Positions 19,237 to 30,341 of a stretch of DNA of 64,000 nucleotides are shown in pieces. The notes beneath the pieces were generated by a model. It made no database searches. It saw only the letters and a list, made by a program, of their open reading frames with translations, and was not told the DNA's origin. Position numbers and translations under genes: made by a program. Within the stretch, counting starts at the first letter, position 1. Each line of letters begins with the position of its first letter. Origin of the DNA: a virus; IMG/VR virus record IMGVR_UViG_3300036715_000153, positions 64,001-128,000 of that record, one strand, 5' to 3'.

Positions 19237-20767
19237 TCGCTCTCAGCTGTTTAGCTCTTGGAGGTAAACAGGAGTTAGCTCCTCTGAAAACCAACTTAAT
19301 TGAATATGTTTTAAACTCTGCCAAACCTCTGACTTCCAATGTATAGTCCTTAAACTCTGTAGCAGTGGTAGATAGTACAGGAGTTATCGGATAAGCCAAT
19401 AATACCCAACTAGAATCAGCTACAGTATCAGTGTCGGAAACCTTATAATATACATCTATCATATTGCCGGTAGTAATATTAGCAGCAAACGATATCCGTA
19501 TAGACGTAGCCTTAGTATCCAATGTAATCGGCTTGGCTACATATTTGGATATAGACGACCCCGCATTCTTATCTGTCTCAGCAACTACACGTCGAGACGG
19601 TACGTTAGTTTCGTCATCAAGTAGATGGTCAACCATGACCACATTCATTAGATCCTGTCGAATAATAGGAGATACGTTTGCATTTGAAGTGCTAATCGTT
19701 GCCTTAATAAGCAAAGGCTCAGTCGATGGTAGAAACGCCGCCTTATTATTGACAGACGGAACCATAATAGGATCCTTCAGGTCTATATCAGTGTTCACGT
19801 CCAACTTCACATAGTCGGTCGCTGTAACGTACCTGGTCTGATTACCACCACGCGATCTACCGCTAGTTGTTTTAATGTAGAAATCGCAGTTTGTGCTGGG
19901 CGGCTTAACATACCTAGTCGTCACGTTAATCAGATCTGCTTTAAGGTTGACAGTTAACATCATACTCTTAACATAGCATATACCGGTAGCTGTAGGTGGT
20001 GTACCTGTAACAGTTATACCGAATGAGTCGTTGTCTGCAACGGTAACAATATATTCCTTAGACACAGCTGCACCGCCTGCTCCATTCAACTGAACTACAG
20101 TGAGACCATTGAACGTGCTAGGTGCGGGGTCATTGACGCTTATGGACACCCGATCATTTACAAATAACCCGTGGTTTTTAATGTTAAAGTAGACAGTCGA
20201 TGAACCAGATACAGTTTCAAGAATATGTCCATTGACAAACACCGGATTTAGGGGAGTAGATTTCAGTGTAAGGTTATATACAGTATTGGTTGTAAATTGA
20301 GCCTTGTATAACCTGAACATCAAGTCAGACGATGTATCCGGTGTCCACGTTGTACCGCCGTTTGCAAGGTACAATACACCCGGGTTAGGTTGTTTAGAAA
20401 TAGATGTAGACTTGTTTATCGCTACCTGACCTATTTGTGCAACCCACGCATTATATCTGTCTGAGTTGGTTCTAAGAATAATTGCATATTCTTTATCCTC
20501 TTCCAACACGACCGGACCACTGAACACGAACTTGGTTGCAGTCTGGGCATAATCACTAGTACCGACTTGGGAGGCAGCCATTATTACAGTGGAGTTGGGT
20601 ACATTAGTCTCACTAGGAATACCTTCGTTTGTTGTCCTAATTTCGAGTACAATGGGAACCAGTTGGTCTTTCGTTTTAAAGAATATATCAACCGCAGTCA
20701 AATACATTCCGCCCTTAATGCCGTTTGTATTGAATGTCTGTGCGAACGATGTTGTTAGTTTAGGCAT
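19220..20767 (-). CDS. VrlC/DUF4815-like virion protein, C-terminal segment
   Basis: AQTF...YLTAVDIFFKTKD...DLMFRLYKAQF, SKYVAKPITL, LRAIAL. Confidence 0.75.
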   Translation of the reverse strand: MPKLTTSFAQTFNTNGIKGGMYLTAVDIFFKTKDQLVPIVLEIRTTNEGIPSETNVPNSTVIMAASQVGTSDYAQTATKFVFSGPVVLEEDKEYAIILRTNSDRYNAWVAQIGQVAINKSTSISKQPNPGVLYLANGGTTWTPDTSSDLMFRLYKAQFTTNTVYNLTLKSTPLNPVFVNGHILETVSGSSTVYFNIKNHGLFVNDRVSISVNDPAPSTFNGLTVVQLNGAGGAAVSKEYIVTVADNDSFGITVTGTPPTATGICYVKSMMLTVNLKADLINVTTRYVKPPSTNCDFYIKTTSGRSRGGNQTRYVTATDYVKLDVNTDIDLKDPIMVPSVNNKAAFLPSTEPLLIKATISTSNANVSPIIRQDLMNVVMVDHLLDDETNVPSRRVVAETDKNAGSSISKYVAKPITLDTKATSIRISFAANITTGNMIDVYYKVSDTDTVADSSWVLLAYPITPVLSTTATEFKDYTLEVRGLAEFKTYSIKLVFRGANSCLPPRAKQLRAIALAI

Positions 20768-21792
20768 GTGTTATTCTTTTTATCCATGAATATTGTTACT
20801 GTAGTTGCTAACCGGAACATAGCGATAATGGACAACATAAGATATGCTCTAGCAATGCCGCACGATTTCGGCTTGCCGAATATTCTATTTTTAATCCCAA
20901 CCAGCTTGCTAATAGGGACACCGAATGTCATTAGGAACTTACCTGTTATGTTACCTTCGTGGTATTTACCTTGTCTAAAAGCCATCTCATGTGTCCACGG
21001 GATTATCATATCAATGGCCCACTGTGTCAGCAGATTTTGTGCGATAGTCCTATCTTTCTTCCAGAAGAAAACATCTGGTCCTTTACCACTCATTATGTCA
21101 ACTGCATCAGATGCCCATGAGAGATACCCGAAGTATGTATCTGGACTTGTTCTTATTGTATCCAACCCATACTGTTTGTCTGCATTATATATTGTTTTAT
21201 TTATATAGCCAAGTTCATACATCTTGGTACATATAACAGTGCCTCCGCCGCCACCTTGAATCCACGGTTTAGATGGAGCCGGTGGAACAGGTGGGTCTGG
21301 AGTCCACACCTGGGTGTACACGTTGATGGGCACGTCCTCTATATAAGGGTCCTTGAAGATGGTGTTACCCTCAGCAATAAATACAGAATCAGCATAAGTT
21401 ACTTCACGCGACGGGTCTAGACTGTTTGTTATACGCAATATCTTTCTGCCTACGACAAATCTGTTGGCGGGAAGATAGAATCTAGCATAAACTGTACCAT
21501 TAAGTCCGACCACCATCTGACTACCGATTGCGGCAGCACCAACAGAGTTTGCATTATATTCCGCCTCAGTCAATGGCTTGCACATAGCAGACACATCTAT
21601 ATTATCGAATGTGACGAATACAGGTGTGTAAGGCCCTAACGACATACCCTTAATGAGAATTTCTTTAGCGTGTATATATGGGACAGATACGTGGTTAGCA
21701 TCGGCTGTCCCAACGTTGATTATAGGTGTGCTCCAAGTCCTGTACTTAGTAGTTGGTACTAATATTGTAGTAACTTCTGTATGATATGCCAT
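20755..21792 (-). CDS. VrlC/DUF4815-like middle segment plus C-terminal GGGGTVICT domain
   Basis: PYIHAKEI...PYTPVFVTFDNIDVS; Pro-rich linker; then VICT...YG...GYLSWA. Confidence 0.65.
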   Translation of the reverse strand: MAYHTEVTTILVPTTKYRTWSTPIINVGTADANHVSVPYIHAKEILIKGMSLGPYTPVFVTFDNIDVSAMCKPLTEAEYNANSVGAAAIGSQMVVGLNGTVYARFYLPANRFVVGRKILRITNSLDPSREVTYADSVFIAEGNTIFKDPYIEDVPINVYTQVWTPDPPVPPAPSKPWIQGGGGGTVICTKMYELGYINKTIYNADKQYGLDTIRTSPDTYFGYLSWASDAVDIMSGKGPDVFFWKKDRTIAQNLLTQWAIDMIIPWTHEMAFRQGKYHEGNITGKFLMTFGVPISKLVGIKNRIFGKPKSCGIARAYLMLSIIAMFRLATTVTIFMDKKNNTCLN

Positions 21793-21793
21793 G

Positions 21794-21976
21794 TTAAGAG
21801 TTCACCAATTCAAAATTAGCAGATGGTTGATATTTCCATTGCTCCGAGTTATCAACCGATTTCACTAAACTATTAGAGTTTGCAATAAAATCGACTGAAG
21901 TATAAGTAATACCATCAACCACGAATACAGCACCAACGTGTTCGGCATCTATTGAAAATGTTGTTATATCTGGCAT
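21794..21976 (-). CDS. Small hypothetical protein
   Basis: 60 aa, AAGGAA RBS, tightly packed between neighbours. Confidence 0.55.
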   Translation of the reverse strand: MPDITTFSIDAEHVGAVFVVDGITYTSVDFIANSNSLVKSVDNSEQWKYQPSANFELVNS

Positions 21977-21978
21977 TG

Positions 21979-24900
21979 TTAATTCCTTAATGTTGTTACT
22001 AGAGGCAACGTGATCGTATCGACTTCGCTATCGCGTGTAGGGGATATTTCCATAGAACCTGCCCATATAAATACAGAGTTACCATTAACGTTTACAGGGC
22101 GCGATGCTAATCCTTGATCAACCGCAACAACCTCTGTATATGGTATGAAGTATGAATCGCCCCATTGAACAAGTGGAGAATATGTATTTACACTCATACC
22201 AACCGACTTATGATTGAATATAGGGCGCACTTCGCCTGCATCTATATCTAGTGTCGCCCTATATTCGTTGTTACCTAGATCAGCACTATCTGTTGTAGTG
22301 AATGAATCTGCAAAGAACCCAGACTTGAATCTGTTTAAGCCAGTGTTAGCGTCGACTATCTGTGTGTCCTTAACTGAGGCTTCCAACATGTTCTGTGTTA
22401 CAGCAACCTCTACATTAGCAATTCTTTTTTCTAATTTAGTTATATCCGCCATAGTGTACCGCTTGTGTTCCTGTGGAGTGATAATAACTTTATCTAGTTC
22501 TGCGTCTGCTGTAAATGCCGGTAAGAATACATCTGCTATTTTCATATTAGATGCATCGGATACATCCTCTGGCAATGTTGGTATATCAGCTGGCTGACCC
22601 TCAACAACTCTAACAATACTCTCATCTGTTATATACAGCGAATCATATCTAGGCAAGAAGTACGAATAGTCATACGTCAGGAGAGTGTTAGTCTGTATCT
22701 GATTCTTTGCAATGGAAGATGTAGCTGCACCAGAAGCAACCCTAATACCGATGGCCACTATAATACTAGACGCGTTGGTACATGCACCAGATAGTGTAAG
22801 AGTCGTACCGTTCTTTGCGGTGATATATGTGCCCCATGGAATACCAGGACCAACAACTAAACCAGTGGTTGCGCCGACGTTAATTAGATCGGATGTATCA
22901 CCGATTAAAGTTAGCGTAGTCGAACCTGTTATCGTGCCGAGGTAGAAGTTGAAGTCTGTATATGTGTCTGCTCGTGAATCAATTGTATCGCGAACATCTA
23001 TCTTGTTCGATCCCTCTGTAAACGATGGTATAGCCGCTTGATATTCTCCGCCGATATTGGCATAGGAATCTACAGTGTAAATCTCACCTGTCCTGGTAAA
23101 GTATCTGTATTGTATTTTTACCTGACCGCGAGCTTTCTTCTTACCCGGTATAAACTCAAGATATGAACCACCATATTCCAACGAATTCTGGTTCTGCACT
23201 AAACGGTAACTTGACTTGATATCGGGATCAGATGTTGTAGCTGCTGTGCCTGTTGCCTGTGAGTCATAGATGTGAGATATGTCATACACGTCCTGAACAC
23301 CTAATGGTATTCTTGCACCGGGGACAGCGACGTTCAGGTCTGCGGCGGTCGTCAATAATTTTGTGCCAACGTTTGCTGTCTTGATATATGGTGCAAAGAT
23401 TGTTACTGTATGACCGGCTGCTAGTGAAGTGTTAACTGCCAAAGATATGGTACCAGCACCAGATAGGACAGATGCACAGTCTAATATAGTTCCAATCTGT
23501 GCACCAGCAGATACATAACCGAAGTACGATGTACTAGATATAGGAGCCAATATTTCACCGGATGTACCAGCATTACTACCATCTCCGTTGGAATCTAAAT
23601 TAATAACAATCTTCTTGAGGATGGTATAAGATGTAGTGGAAACGTTAGATGAGTTCTTGATAGTATTGACCCAATTACTTGGCATCTTAACTAACAGGGA
23701 AGCACTTTCATTCTTGTTTACGATTGTTCGTAATGAAACGATAGACCTGACCAATGATGTACCACCGACAACAGAATCTCCGTCAGTCAATGGGCCGTTT
23801 GTACTATTTTTATATGCAAACAATCTCTTATTTGCAGAATCCCACTTGAACACCACGACACTAGATGTAGACCCAATGGAACCAGTAACAATCTCCGATG
23901 TAGTGAAGTTACCAGTGTTGTTAATCATGTAGTATGATTGTAGTACCTTGCCGCAACACTGAGTTGATGAAGCCGAGACGTTGAATGACCCGATATCACC
24001 TTGTGTTTTACCTGAGTTCAGATTGATATCGTATACGAACAACTTGAATATTGCATCAGCTAATGTGTTTGGACTTGTACCAGAATGGAATGCAATATTC
24101 CTAACTCTAGCATACCCGATGATATTTCCAGCCGGAGTTCCTACGACTGTTACTGGTGCATCTCTTAATTCTATTAAAGTGCCTACATCTACCTGTGGAG
24201 AACCATACATCGATGCTACGTAGAAATAATTACCAACATTAAATAATGAGTTACCGACTGAATATTTAATGGACCTAGCTCTGTTCAATCTCACGTTTGT
24301 GTTGTTGCCGATCGGACATTCAAACCCGTTTACATATGCTTTATTTGCATCCAACTCGACACCGACACATGTCTTCGCATAATCAATAGACTCCGTTACT
24401 TTGGTTTGATCTGGAAACTGAATAAGAACATTGTCTTGAGTATAGATACCATTGTTTGTTTCGAGCCTTAACCATGGTCGTACCTTAAATGATACAGGCT
24501 TCACAATGAAGTTGCCGTTAGTATCGTATGAACGTCTGGCAATAGTCTTTAACACTTCATTATATGTAGACGTCTGCTCTACTTCAATTTGTACGCCATC
24601 TATAATTCTTGTTAGTTCGATGAAGTCATTTGTCGGTATCGCAGATAAACTGTATCCAGTTAAGGATAGTGACATCTTGTATCTATGTGCACCAGGAGCA
24701 AGTTCATTCGATGTACCCAGTGCAGGGTCAAGTAAAGTAGCATCGTCTGAATCTGTTACGATTGTTTCGACTATATTTAAACCAACACGAATATTTGTAG
24801 TGCTTGGGTCCTTTGCAATAGGTACAGAATGTGAAAATACCTTTACGAAATAGTTGTTCGCATAATAGATACCATCACTAATACTGGCTACCCATGATAT

Positions 24901-25422
24901 CAGTTCTGTGCCATCAGCTTCATTGGTATTTTGAATAGTACCGCATGCAACCAACGCAATTGGGTCACCGAGCGAGTCGTAGTTCTGTATGTACAGGGTC
25001 TGACCAATCGTGCCGCGCAACTTGGGTGTTGCCTCATTGGACTGTGCCGTAGTTCTTACGTAAATTGTATTTGGTGTAGACCCGACCTTATTAGTTGCAC
25101 ATATAACCTCTATACGCGAACCACTCAGGCTACCACAGTACAGTGTCTTACCAACCAACTCTTGTACCGAAGCAATATCGATTAATGCGTCGGCTAGTTC
25201 GATATAACCAAGAACGGCTAACGAATAATTACCAGGGATAACAACAGACCCGTGTTTAAATATATGGTCACCGAGTCTTGATATTTGACTCTGCACCAAA
25301 GATTGAGTTTGATTCAGTTCCCTAGTTTGTACAGAAAACCCAGGGCGATACAATACCTTGTAGAACTCCTTCGTTTCATCGAAGTCGTCATAGTACGGGG
25401 ACTGATTAAAATTTAATGCCAT
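21979..25422 (-). CDS. DUF4815/VrlC-like large virion (baseplate) protein, N-terminal segment
   Basis: SPYYDDFD...LYRPGFSVQTRELNQ, APGAHRYK, KRYTMADI, NRFKSGFFADSF. Confidence 0.85.
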   Translation of the reverse strand: MALNFNQSPYYDDFDETKEFYKVLYRPGFSVQTRELNQTQSLVQSQISRLGDHIFKHGSVVIPGNYSLAVLGYIELADALIDIASVQELVGKTLYCGSLSGSRIEVICATNKVGSTPNTIYVRTTAQSNEATPKLRGTIGQTLYIQNYDSLGDPIALVACGTIQNTNEADGTELISWVASISDGIYYANNYFVKVFSHSVPIAKDPSTTNIRVGLNIVETIVTDSDDATLLDPALGTSNELAPGAHRYKMSLSLTGYSLSAIPTNDFIELTRIIDGVQIEVEQTSTYNEVLKTIARRSYDTNGNFIVKPVSFKVRPWLRLETNNGIYTQDNVLIQFPDQTKVTESIDYAKTCVGVELDANKAYVNGFECPIGNNTNVRLNRARSIKYSVGNSLFNVGNYFYVASMYGSPQVDVGTLIELRDAPVTVVGTPAGNIIGYARVRNIAFHSGTSPNTLADAIFKLFVYDINLNSGKTQGDIGSFNVSASSTQCCGKVLQSYYMINNTGNFTTSEIVTGSIGSTSSVVVFKWDSANKRLFAYKNSTNGPLTDGDSVVGGTSLVRSIVSLRTIVNKNESASLLVKMPSNWVNTIKNSSNVSTTSYTILKKIVINLDSNGDGSNAGTSGEILAPISSTSYFGYVSAGAQIGTILDCASVLSGAGTISLAVNTSLAAGHTVTIFAPYIKTANVGTKLLTTAADLNVAVPGARIPLGVQDVYDISHIYDSQATGTAATTSDPDIKSSYRLVQNQNSLEYGGSYLEFIPGKKKARGQVKIQYRYFTRTGEIYTVDSYANIGGEYQAAIPSFTEGSNKIDVRDTIDSRADTYTDFNFYLGTITGSTTLTLIGDTSDLINVGATTGLVVGPGIPWGTYITAKNGTTLTLSGACTNASSIIVAIGIRVASGAATSSIAKNQIQTNTLLTYDYSYFLPRYDSLYITDESIVRVVEGQPADIPTLPEDVSDASNMKIADVFLPAFTADAELDKVIITPQEHKRYTMADITKLEKRIANVEVAVTQNMLEASVKDTQIVDANTGLNRFKSGFFADSFTTTDSADLGNNEYRATLDIDAGEVRPIFNHKSVGMSVNTYSPLVQWGDSYFIPYTEVVAVDQGLASRPVNVNGNSVFIWAGSMEISPTRDSEVDTITLPLVTTLRN

Positions 25423-25508
25423 CGGATATTCCTGTTATCGGTTAATGTAGAATTTAGTTATTATTATTCCGTATTTGAGTCAACTAAGTAGTTGTTTCTG
25501 ATATTATA

Positions 25509-26801
25509 TCAGAAAGATAAAATTATGGAAATCGACTCGCGCTGATCTAACGAACGGTTAACTAAACGTCTGTAGTCTTTGTAGAACAGAATTCCACTGT
25601 TAGGCTTAATCTGGGAATTTGTCTTTGCAATAGTACCACCAGCAAATGCAGCAGATGTACCACCCGTAACAGTGTTAGATGTATCGAATGTTCCCAGTAC
25701 ATTATTGAGTCGTAGTGTCTTTGTACTTGCATTCCAATCTATAACAGTTCCCGACGCCCCTGTTACTGCCTGCGTTACCGTTTCATCACCCACAAAGGCC
25801 CCAGAAGCTGTAGTGAATACTAGGTGCGTGGATGCATCCAATGTAGTAGCAGTGGCAACGGTGTTGGTTCCGTATAACAATGGATTTTTAATAATAACAA
25901 TCTTACGATAGTCGTTATCTACTGAGAACACACCACCTTCGTCCAAGTTAAGTACAGTGTTTAGCATGGAATAAGAGGCAAATAATTCGTTCTCTATATC
26001 TTTACCGTGACCGCCGAATGGACTAATAATTGCTCTAGCGGCTGCTGCACCAGATCCAAATGCAACTGTAGCATACGTATAACCAGATCCGATAGAGTTA
26101 ACCACGATATGATCGATTGGCTGATTGCCGCTGCCTACTACCAATACTGCCGTAGCTGTACAGCCTGTACCGTCGCCGGTCACTGTAACTGACGGAGGAG
26201 TTGCATACGAACCAGCTGTAGTAACCTTAATGGTGTGAATCGCACCATCGACCGCTGCCTGTTGTGTAGCCCATTGATTGGAACCATCCGACACAGTCAG
26301 CGTCTGAACTGGTATCCAATTCTGACTAGGGAATGAATTCAACTTAGAGGCTGTAATAGTGGTCATGTATTTCCATACATATCCATCAGATGTACTAAAG
26401 GTAGATGTAGAATATCCAGTCGGTTGACTTGTAGATAAGGCACCCTTGTTATTGTCTATACACTTATACACGTCATATGAGCTGTTAGTGACATAGAACG
26501 TCTTGGTGTTTAGTGTATTATCTGCATCGTCGTACATATCATACACAGTGTTGACTGCCCATGTATGGATTGGGACAGATGCTGTAACACCGGCAGCAGT
26601 AATTCTCTTTAATGATAACAAATCTCTGTAGTCTGTTACCAGTTGACCAAATGAATCCGACGGTGTATCTGGAGATGACTCGGTAGTCCATGGAGTTTGT
26701 TTACCAATACCGAGATAATATGTATCTGCCCCAGAAGCAATAGCTGCTCTTAGTTGTTGTGATTGGATAATTCTGTATGAGTTTGTGATATATGCAGTCA
26801 A
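25509..26801 (-). CDS. gp8: Baseplate wedge subunit
   Basis: YDVYKCIDN, DGYVWKYM, ISPFGGHGKD, NDYRKI; TTG start. Confidence 0.88.
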   Translation of the reverse strand: MTAYITNSYRIIQSQQLRAAIASGADTYYLGIGKQTPWTTESSPDTPSDSFGQLVTDYRDLLSLKRITAAGVTASVPIHTWAVNTVYDMYDDADNTLNTKTFYVTNSSYDVYKCIDNNKGALSTSQPTGYSTSTFSTSDGYVWKYMTTITASKLNSFPSQNWIPVQTLTVSDGSNQWATQQAAVDGAIHTIKVTTAGSYATPPSVTVTGDGTGCTATAVLVVGSGNQPIDHIVVNSIGSGYTYATVAFGSGAAAARAIISPFGGHGKDIENELFASYSMLNTVLNLDEGGVFSVDNDYRKIVIIKNPLLYGTNTVATATTLDASTHLVFTTASGAFVGDETVTQAVTGASGTVIDWNASTKTLRLNNVLGTFDTSNTVTGGTSAAFAGGTIAKTNSQIKPNSGILFYKDYRRLVNRSLDQRESISIILSF

Positions 26802-26843
26802 TGTAGTATGCCCCTATTGTAATTTCTATAATTTAGTTTATGG

Positions 26844-28535
26844 TTAGAATCTAGGATATATGACGTTCAATGACCCGTCCAGTCTATAGTGTTCGGCGTC
26901 TGGTAGATAATGTATTCTCGAACTTCTTAGCGGTTCGCTATTGACGGACACGTCCGAACTCCATGACCGGATTGTATCTGACGCAAAGTCCTTTATGGAC
27001 CTAGTATAAAAATTGAATTTCCAATCTTCTACCTTATATCTAGGCACATTGAAAGGTATATCTGGGGACTTCTCTATCATGATTATCGAATCCCTGCCAC
27101 CCACTACAGGAATGTCGATACTAGATGTAGCCGATATCAAGAAGTTCAATATGCCTCGATATAGATACCCACCGCGTTCATCCAACTCGTTGATCGTTCC
27201 AATATTAATACCGATGGACGCCAATTCCTCTATGGCTAGTTCACCGAATAAAGCCATACCAGCAGGATGTAGAATATCCTTTAAATACGACTTATAATTA
27301 CTTAGAGCATGACCGGACCTAATGACATACGAATATGGCATGTACTCTCTGTCGTTTTGTAGTATCGCCGTTTTGTCAGAAGTCATGCCATTCGTGGATA
27401 AAAACCTTCCACTATATAAACACAGTGTACCTATAGACCCAGTACCTATTGCTATCTCATCACCGACATAAGTAGGCAACGATTGTGTAAACTGTACAAT
27501 CGGGGTAATTGTGTTATAGTCAGACCCGAATGACTTTATGTCCACTGTCTTGATCTTACCTATATTTGTTCCATTAGCGATCAGTACAGCTCCAGACCCA
27601 CCACCTGTTTGAGAAGCACATGATAGGGTTGGTCGTTCTTTAAACAAAGATTGCGACCTGAATATTTGTACCGATGCTATTTGGCCTTGTAAAGAAACCC
27701 CCGGTACATACGATGTGATATCTGTTACCCTTGCCTCAAAAGCAGATGGAGGCACAGTTGTGATCATGTCTCCTACAGCGTAGAATGATCCTGGATCGAG
27801 AATGGTGATCGAGTCTATCTTTCCAGACTCAACCTCTTCTACCTCCACAGCTAACCCTACACCGTCACCGCCAGATACTAGACCAGAATCTCCTTTTCTA
27901 TAATATTGTCCAGTGGTAGACATTGTAACAGAAGTGATAGCAGACAAGACAGTCGACGTATAACCATTGACTAATACTGTTTCCCCATATAGAAAAGTCC
28001 CAGTTATCCCACTGATAAATATTTCATATATCAAGTGAAGACCACTGTAATAACTAACAACCGATTCAATTCGGGCAATTGCGCCAGATGCATTCGTAAC
28101 CGAATACCCAGCAGAATTCACAATAAGTGGATTGTCACATGTTACCTTGATACTTGTCCGCTTTAACCAACTACTATCGGACGAGTTGAACAATTGATTC
28201 GACGGATAAGATATCGAAGCCGACTCACCATAGACTGTTCTGAATAACAGCTTAACCGATTCCTCTGTACCCTTTGAGCCATAGAACTCGCGAGCGTGCT
28301 TAATGAATGACCGTTTATCTGCGACTATCTCAGGAGGCAATACAAACAGGTATTGGTTGACAAAGTTTGTTAGGAAGTTTTCTGTAGTTTGATCTACATC
28401 GAGTGTAGTTTTTAATTCTTGATGATTATTCGACAACCACTCATAGTATGCACTAAGGAAGTCTACAAATCCTGGAGCATCTTCCTTTATGAATTGTGGT
28501 ATTCTTGCTAATGATGACTGACCAAGATAACTCAT
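26844..28535 (-). CDS. gp7: Baseplate wedge initiator (gp7-like)
   Basis: FLSAYYEW, FYGSKGTEESVKLLFR, YSYVIRS, LHPAGM. Confidence 0.8.
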   Translation of the reverse strand: MSYLGQSSLARIPQFIKEDAPGFVDFLSAYYEWLSNNHQELKTTLDVDQTTENFLTNFVNQYLFVLPPEIVADKRSFIKHAREFYGSKGTEESVKLLFRTVYGESASISYPSNQLFNSSDSSWLKRTSIKVTCDNPLIVNSAGYSVTNASGAIARIESVVSYYSGLHLIYEIFISGITGTFLYGETVLVNGYTSTVLSAITSVTMSTTGQYYRKGDSGLVSGGDGVGLAVEVEEVESGKIDSITILDPGSFYAVGDMITTVPPSAFEARVTDITSYVPGVSLQGQIASVQIFRSQSLFKERPTLSCASQTGGGSGAVLIANGTNIGKIKTVDIKSFGSDYNTITPIVQFTQSLPTYVGDEIAIGTGSIGTLCLYSGRFLSTNGMTSDKTAILQNDREYMPYSYVIRSGHALSNYKSYLKDILHPAGMALFGELAIEELASIGINIGTINELDERGGYLYRGILNFLISATSSIDIPVVGGRDSIIMIEKSPDIPFNVPRYKVEDWKFNFYTRSIKDFASDTIRSWSSDVSVNSEPLRSSRIHYLPDAEHYRLDGSLNVIYPRF

Positions 28536-28539
28536 TATG

Positions 28540-30306
28540 TTATACCGATGCTAATATTGAAACAGTGGTCTTGTTGATATCAATACTCAACACTTGATTA
28601 AACACAGAGATAACCTCACTATGTTTTGGTGTTGCTGTTATAGCGAATTGAGTTTCACCTAAAATCATGGTTGGCTTAAAGTTTGATAAAATAACCTCCC
28701 CAGTGATATAATCCACTGTGCCATAAACCTCTGACGTATAGAATACAGTTTGGTCAGACTTAATATAGTATCCATACAACTTACCATCGACGTCTGTCAG
28801 TCTAAACTGTTGATCAGCCGAGTATGAAGGGATAATGATATTTGTTGATTGTATGCTTCTAGGTTGTATTTCTGTTCTAAACTTATATTTATAGGTCGAT
28901 GCAGCAGCGGTAACAGGCAACGATATCTTCATGGATATCTGTAATACTGTACCGGTGAATGAAGGATCGACTTTATCAATCAATGCAGTTAGCGTAGACA
29001 GTTGGAAGTTACCACCAAAACTCTTTAAGTAAGTATCGTTGTAATATGATATTTTAGTCAACACTTGACTATGTAAAGTCTCTGGTGTGGATACAGTTAA
29101 ATGTCTATTTGACCGAACATAGCCATCTAAAGTTATAGTGATAATCTCAGGATCAATTATGACCGGCTTAATGGACATTACGCTACGTTGCTTAATAACC
29201 TGCTCCAACACCTTTTTAGATTCGGTGGACAGAGGTCTCAAATCTTCAGGCAGAACAGAGCAAAATACCTTACCAACCATAGGAGGGTCATTATCCTCAC
29301 CGCCCCAAACCTGAACAGACTTCAAATGCGGGTAGTCTTGAATAATATGAGTCGAATAGTCGTGTGGTGTCACTGATCTATATTGTGCAGCGTATGACTT
29401 CTTTGCATTGTCCCTGACCCTCTCAATAGATTCCTCTGTAGCACCACCGTTGGATGTCTCTGTGCAGACCGCAGTAGATGTTACGTTAGGATACAATGAA
29501 CTGTTTACCGTAAACACAGATATACCGTTACCCAAATCTCTGTTACCCACAAGATAACTCACTGAGATGATATTACCAGGGATCAAGGCTTTACTAATAA
29601 ACCCGTCACCAAAGTACAATTCATATTCACCACTACCATTCATTTGCGTGTAATACACAGGAGATGACTGGTTTAAACCTACTATGGATTCAGATTTAAA
29701 GAACTCTTCTGTGAAGTTGATAGTGGATGATGTTTGTACGGTGACTATCAGACTAGACATATCAACGCCCAGGTTAGGTATCCTGAATATCTTAGTCGTT
29801 GCGTCTACAGTATATTGGACATTGTATAATCTACCTTCTGATATTGATAACCCACTATATGTATATACGGTTGGGTCGATTGTCTGTAAAGCATTTACAT
29901 CAGAGAGGCTAACGAACTCATATGTATTTCCGTCTACGCCCTTACCACTAAACTTTGTACCACGGGACATCAATATACCTGGTGGTGTATTAAACACGCC
30001 ACTGATCGTGACATCAATAATTGCCCTTGCAGACTTAGCAGACTGTGGAGTGTAACCTAATTCTTTAGCCTTAGACACGATAGATGATTTCAACAATGCT
30101 GAGTCTAAGAATGACTCACTCAAACCCATGTGTTGATAGAACAAATATAGTTGGCTGTTCGCTGCAAGCAAATCTAATAAAACGTTAACGTTGCTACCTT
30201 CAAAGTTAATATCTTGGAAAGCATCTTGCGCAGACATATATGCCTTAAGAGAACTCTTAAGACTATCGAAGTCGATGTTTGATAAATTTAAAGCTGTGCG
30301 CGTCAT
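28540..30306 (-). CDS. gp6: Baseplate wedge subunit
   Basis: DFDSLKSSLK, ESFLDSA, LYFGDG, AQYRSVT, WGGED, GTVDYITG. Confidence 0.93.
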   Translation of the reverse strand: MTRTALNLSNIDFDSLKSSLKAYMSAQDAFQDINFEGSNVNVLLDLLAANSQLYLFYQHMGLSESFLDSALLKSSIVSKAKELGYTPQSAKSARAIIDVTISGVFNTPPGILMSRGTKFSGKGVDGNTYEFVSLSDVNALQTIDPTVYTYSGLSISEGRLYNVQYTVDATTKIFRIPNLGVDMSSLIVTVQTSSTINFTEEFFKSESIVGLNQSSPVYYTQMNGSGEYELYFGDGFISKALIPGNIISVSYLVGNRDLGNGISVFTVNSSLYPNVTSTAVCTETSNGGATEESIERVRDNAKKSYAAQYRSVTPHDYSTHIIQDYPHLKSVQVWGGEDNDPPMVGKVFCSVLPEDLRPLSTESKKVLEQVIKQRSVMSIKPVIIDPEIITITLDGYVRSNRHLTVSTPETLHSQVLTKISYYNDTYLKSFGGNFQLSTLTALIDKVDPSFTGTVLQISMKISLPVTAAASTYKYKFRTEIQPRSIQSTNIIIPSYSADQQFRLTDVDGKLYGYYIKSDQTVFYTSEVYGTVDYITGEVILSNFKPTMILGETQFAITATPKHSEVISVFNQVLSIDINKTTVSILASV

Positions 30307-30341
30307 ATCTATTAATACCTAATTATATTGTGTTAATTTAG

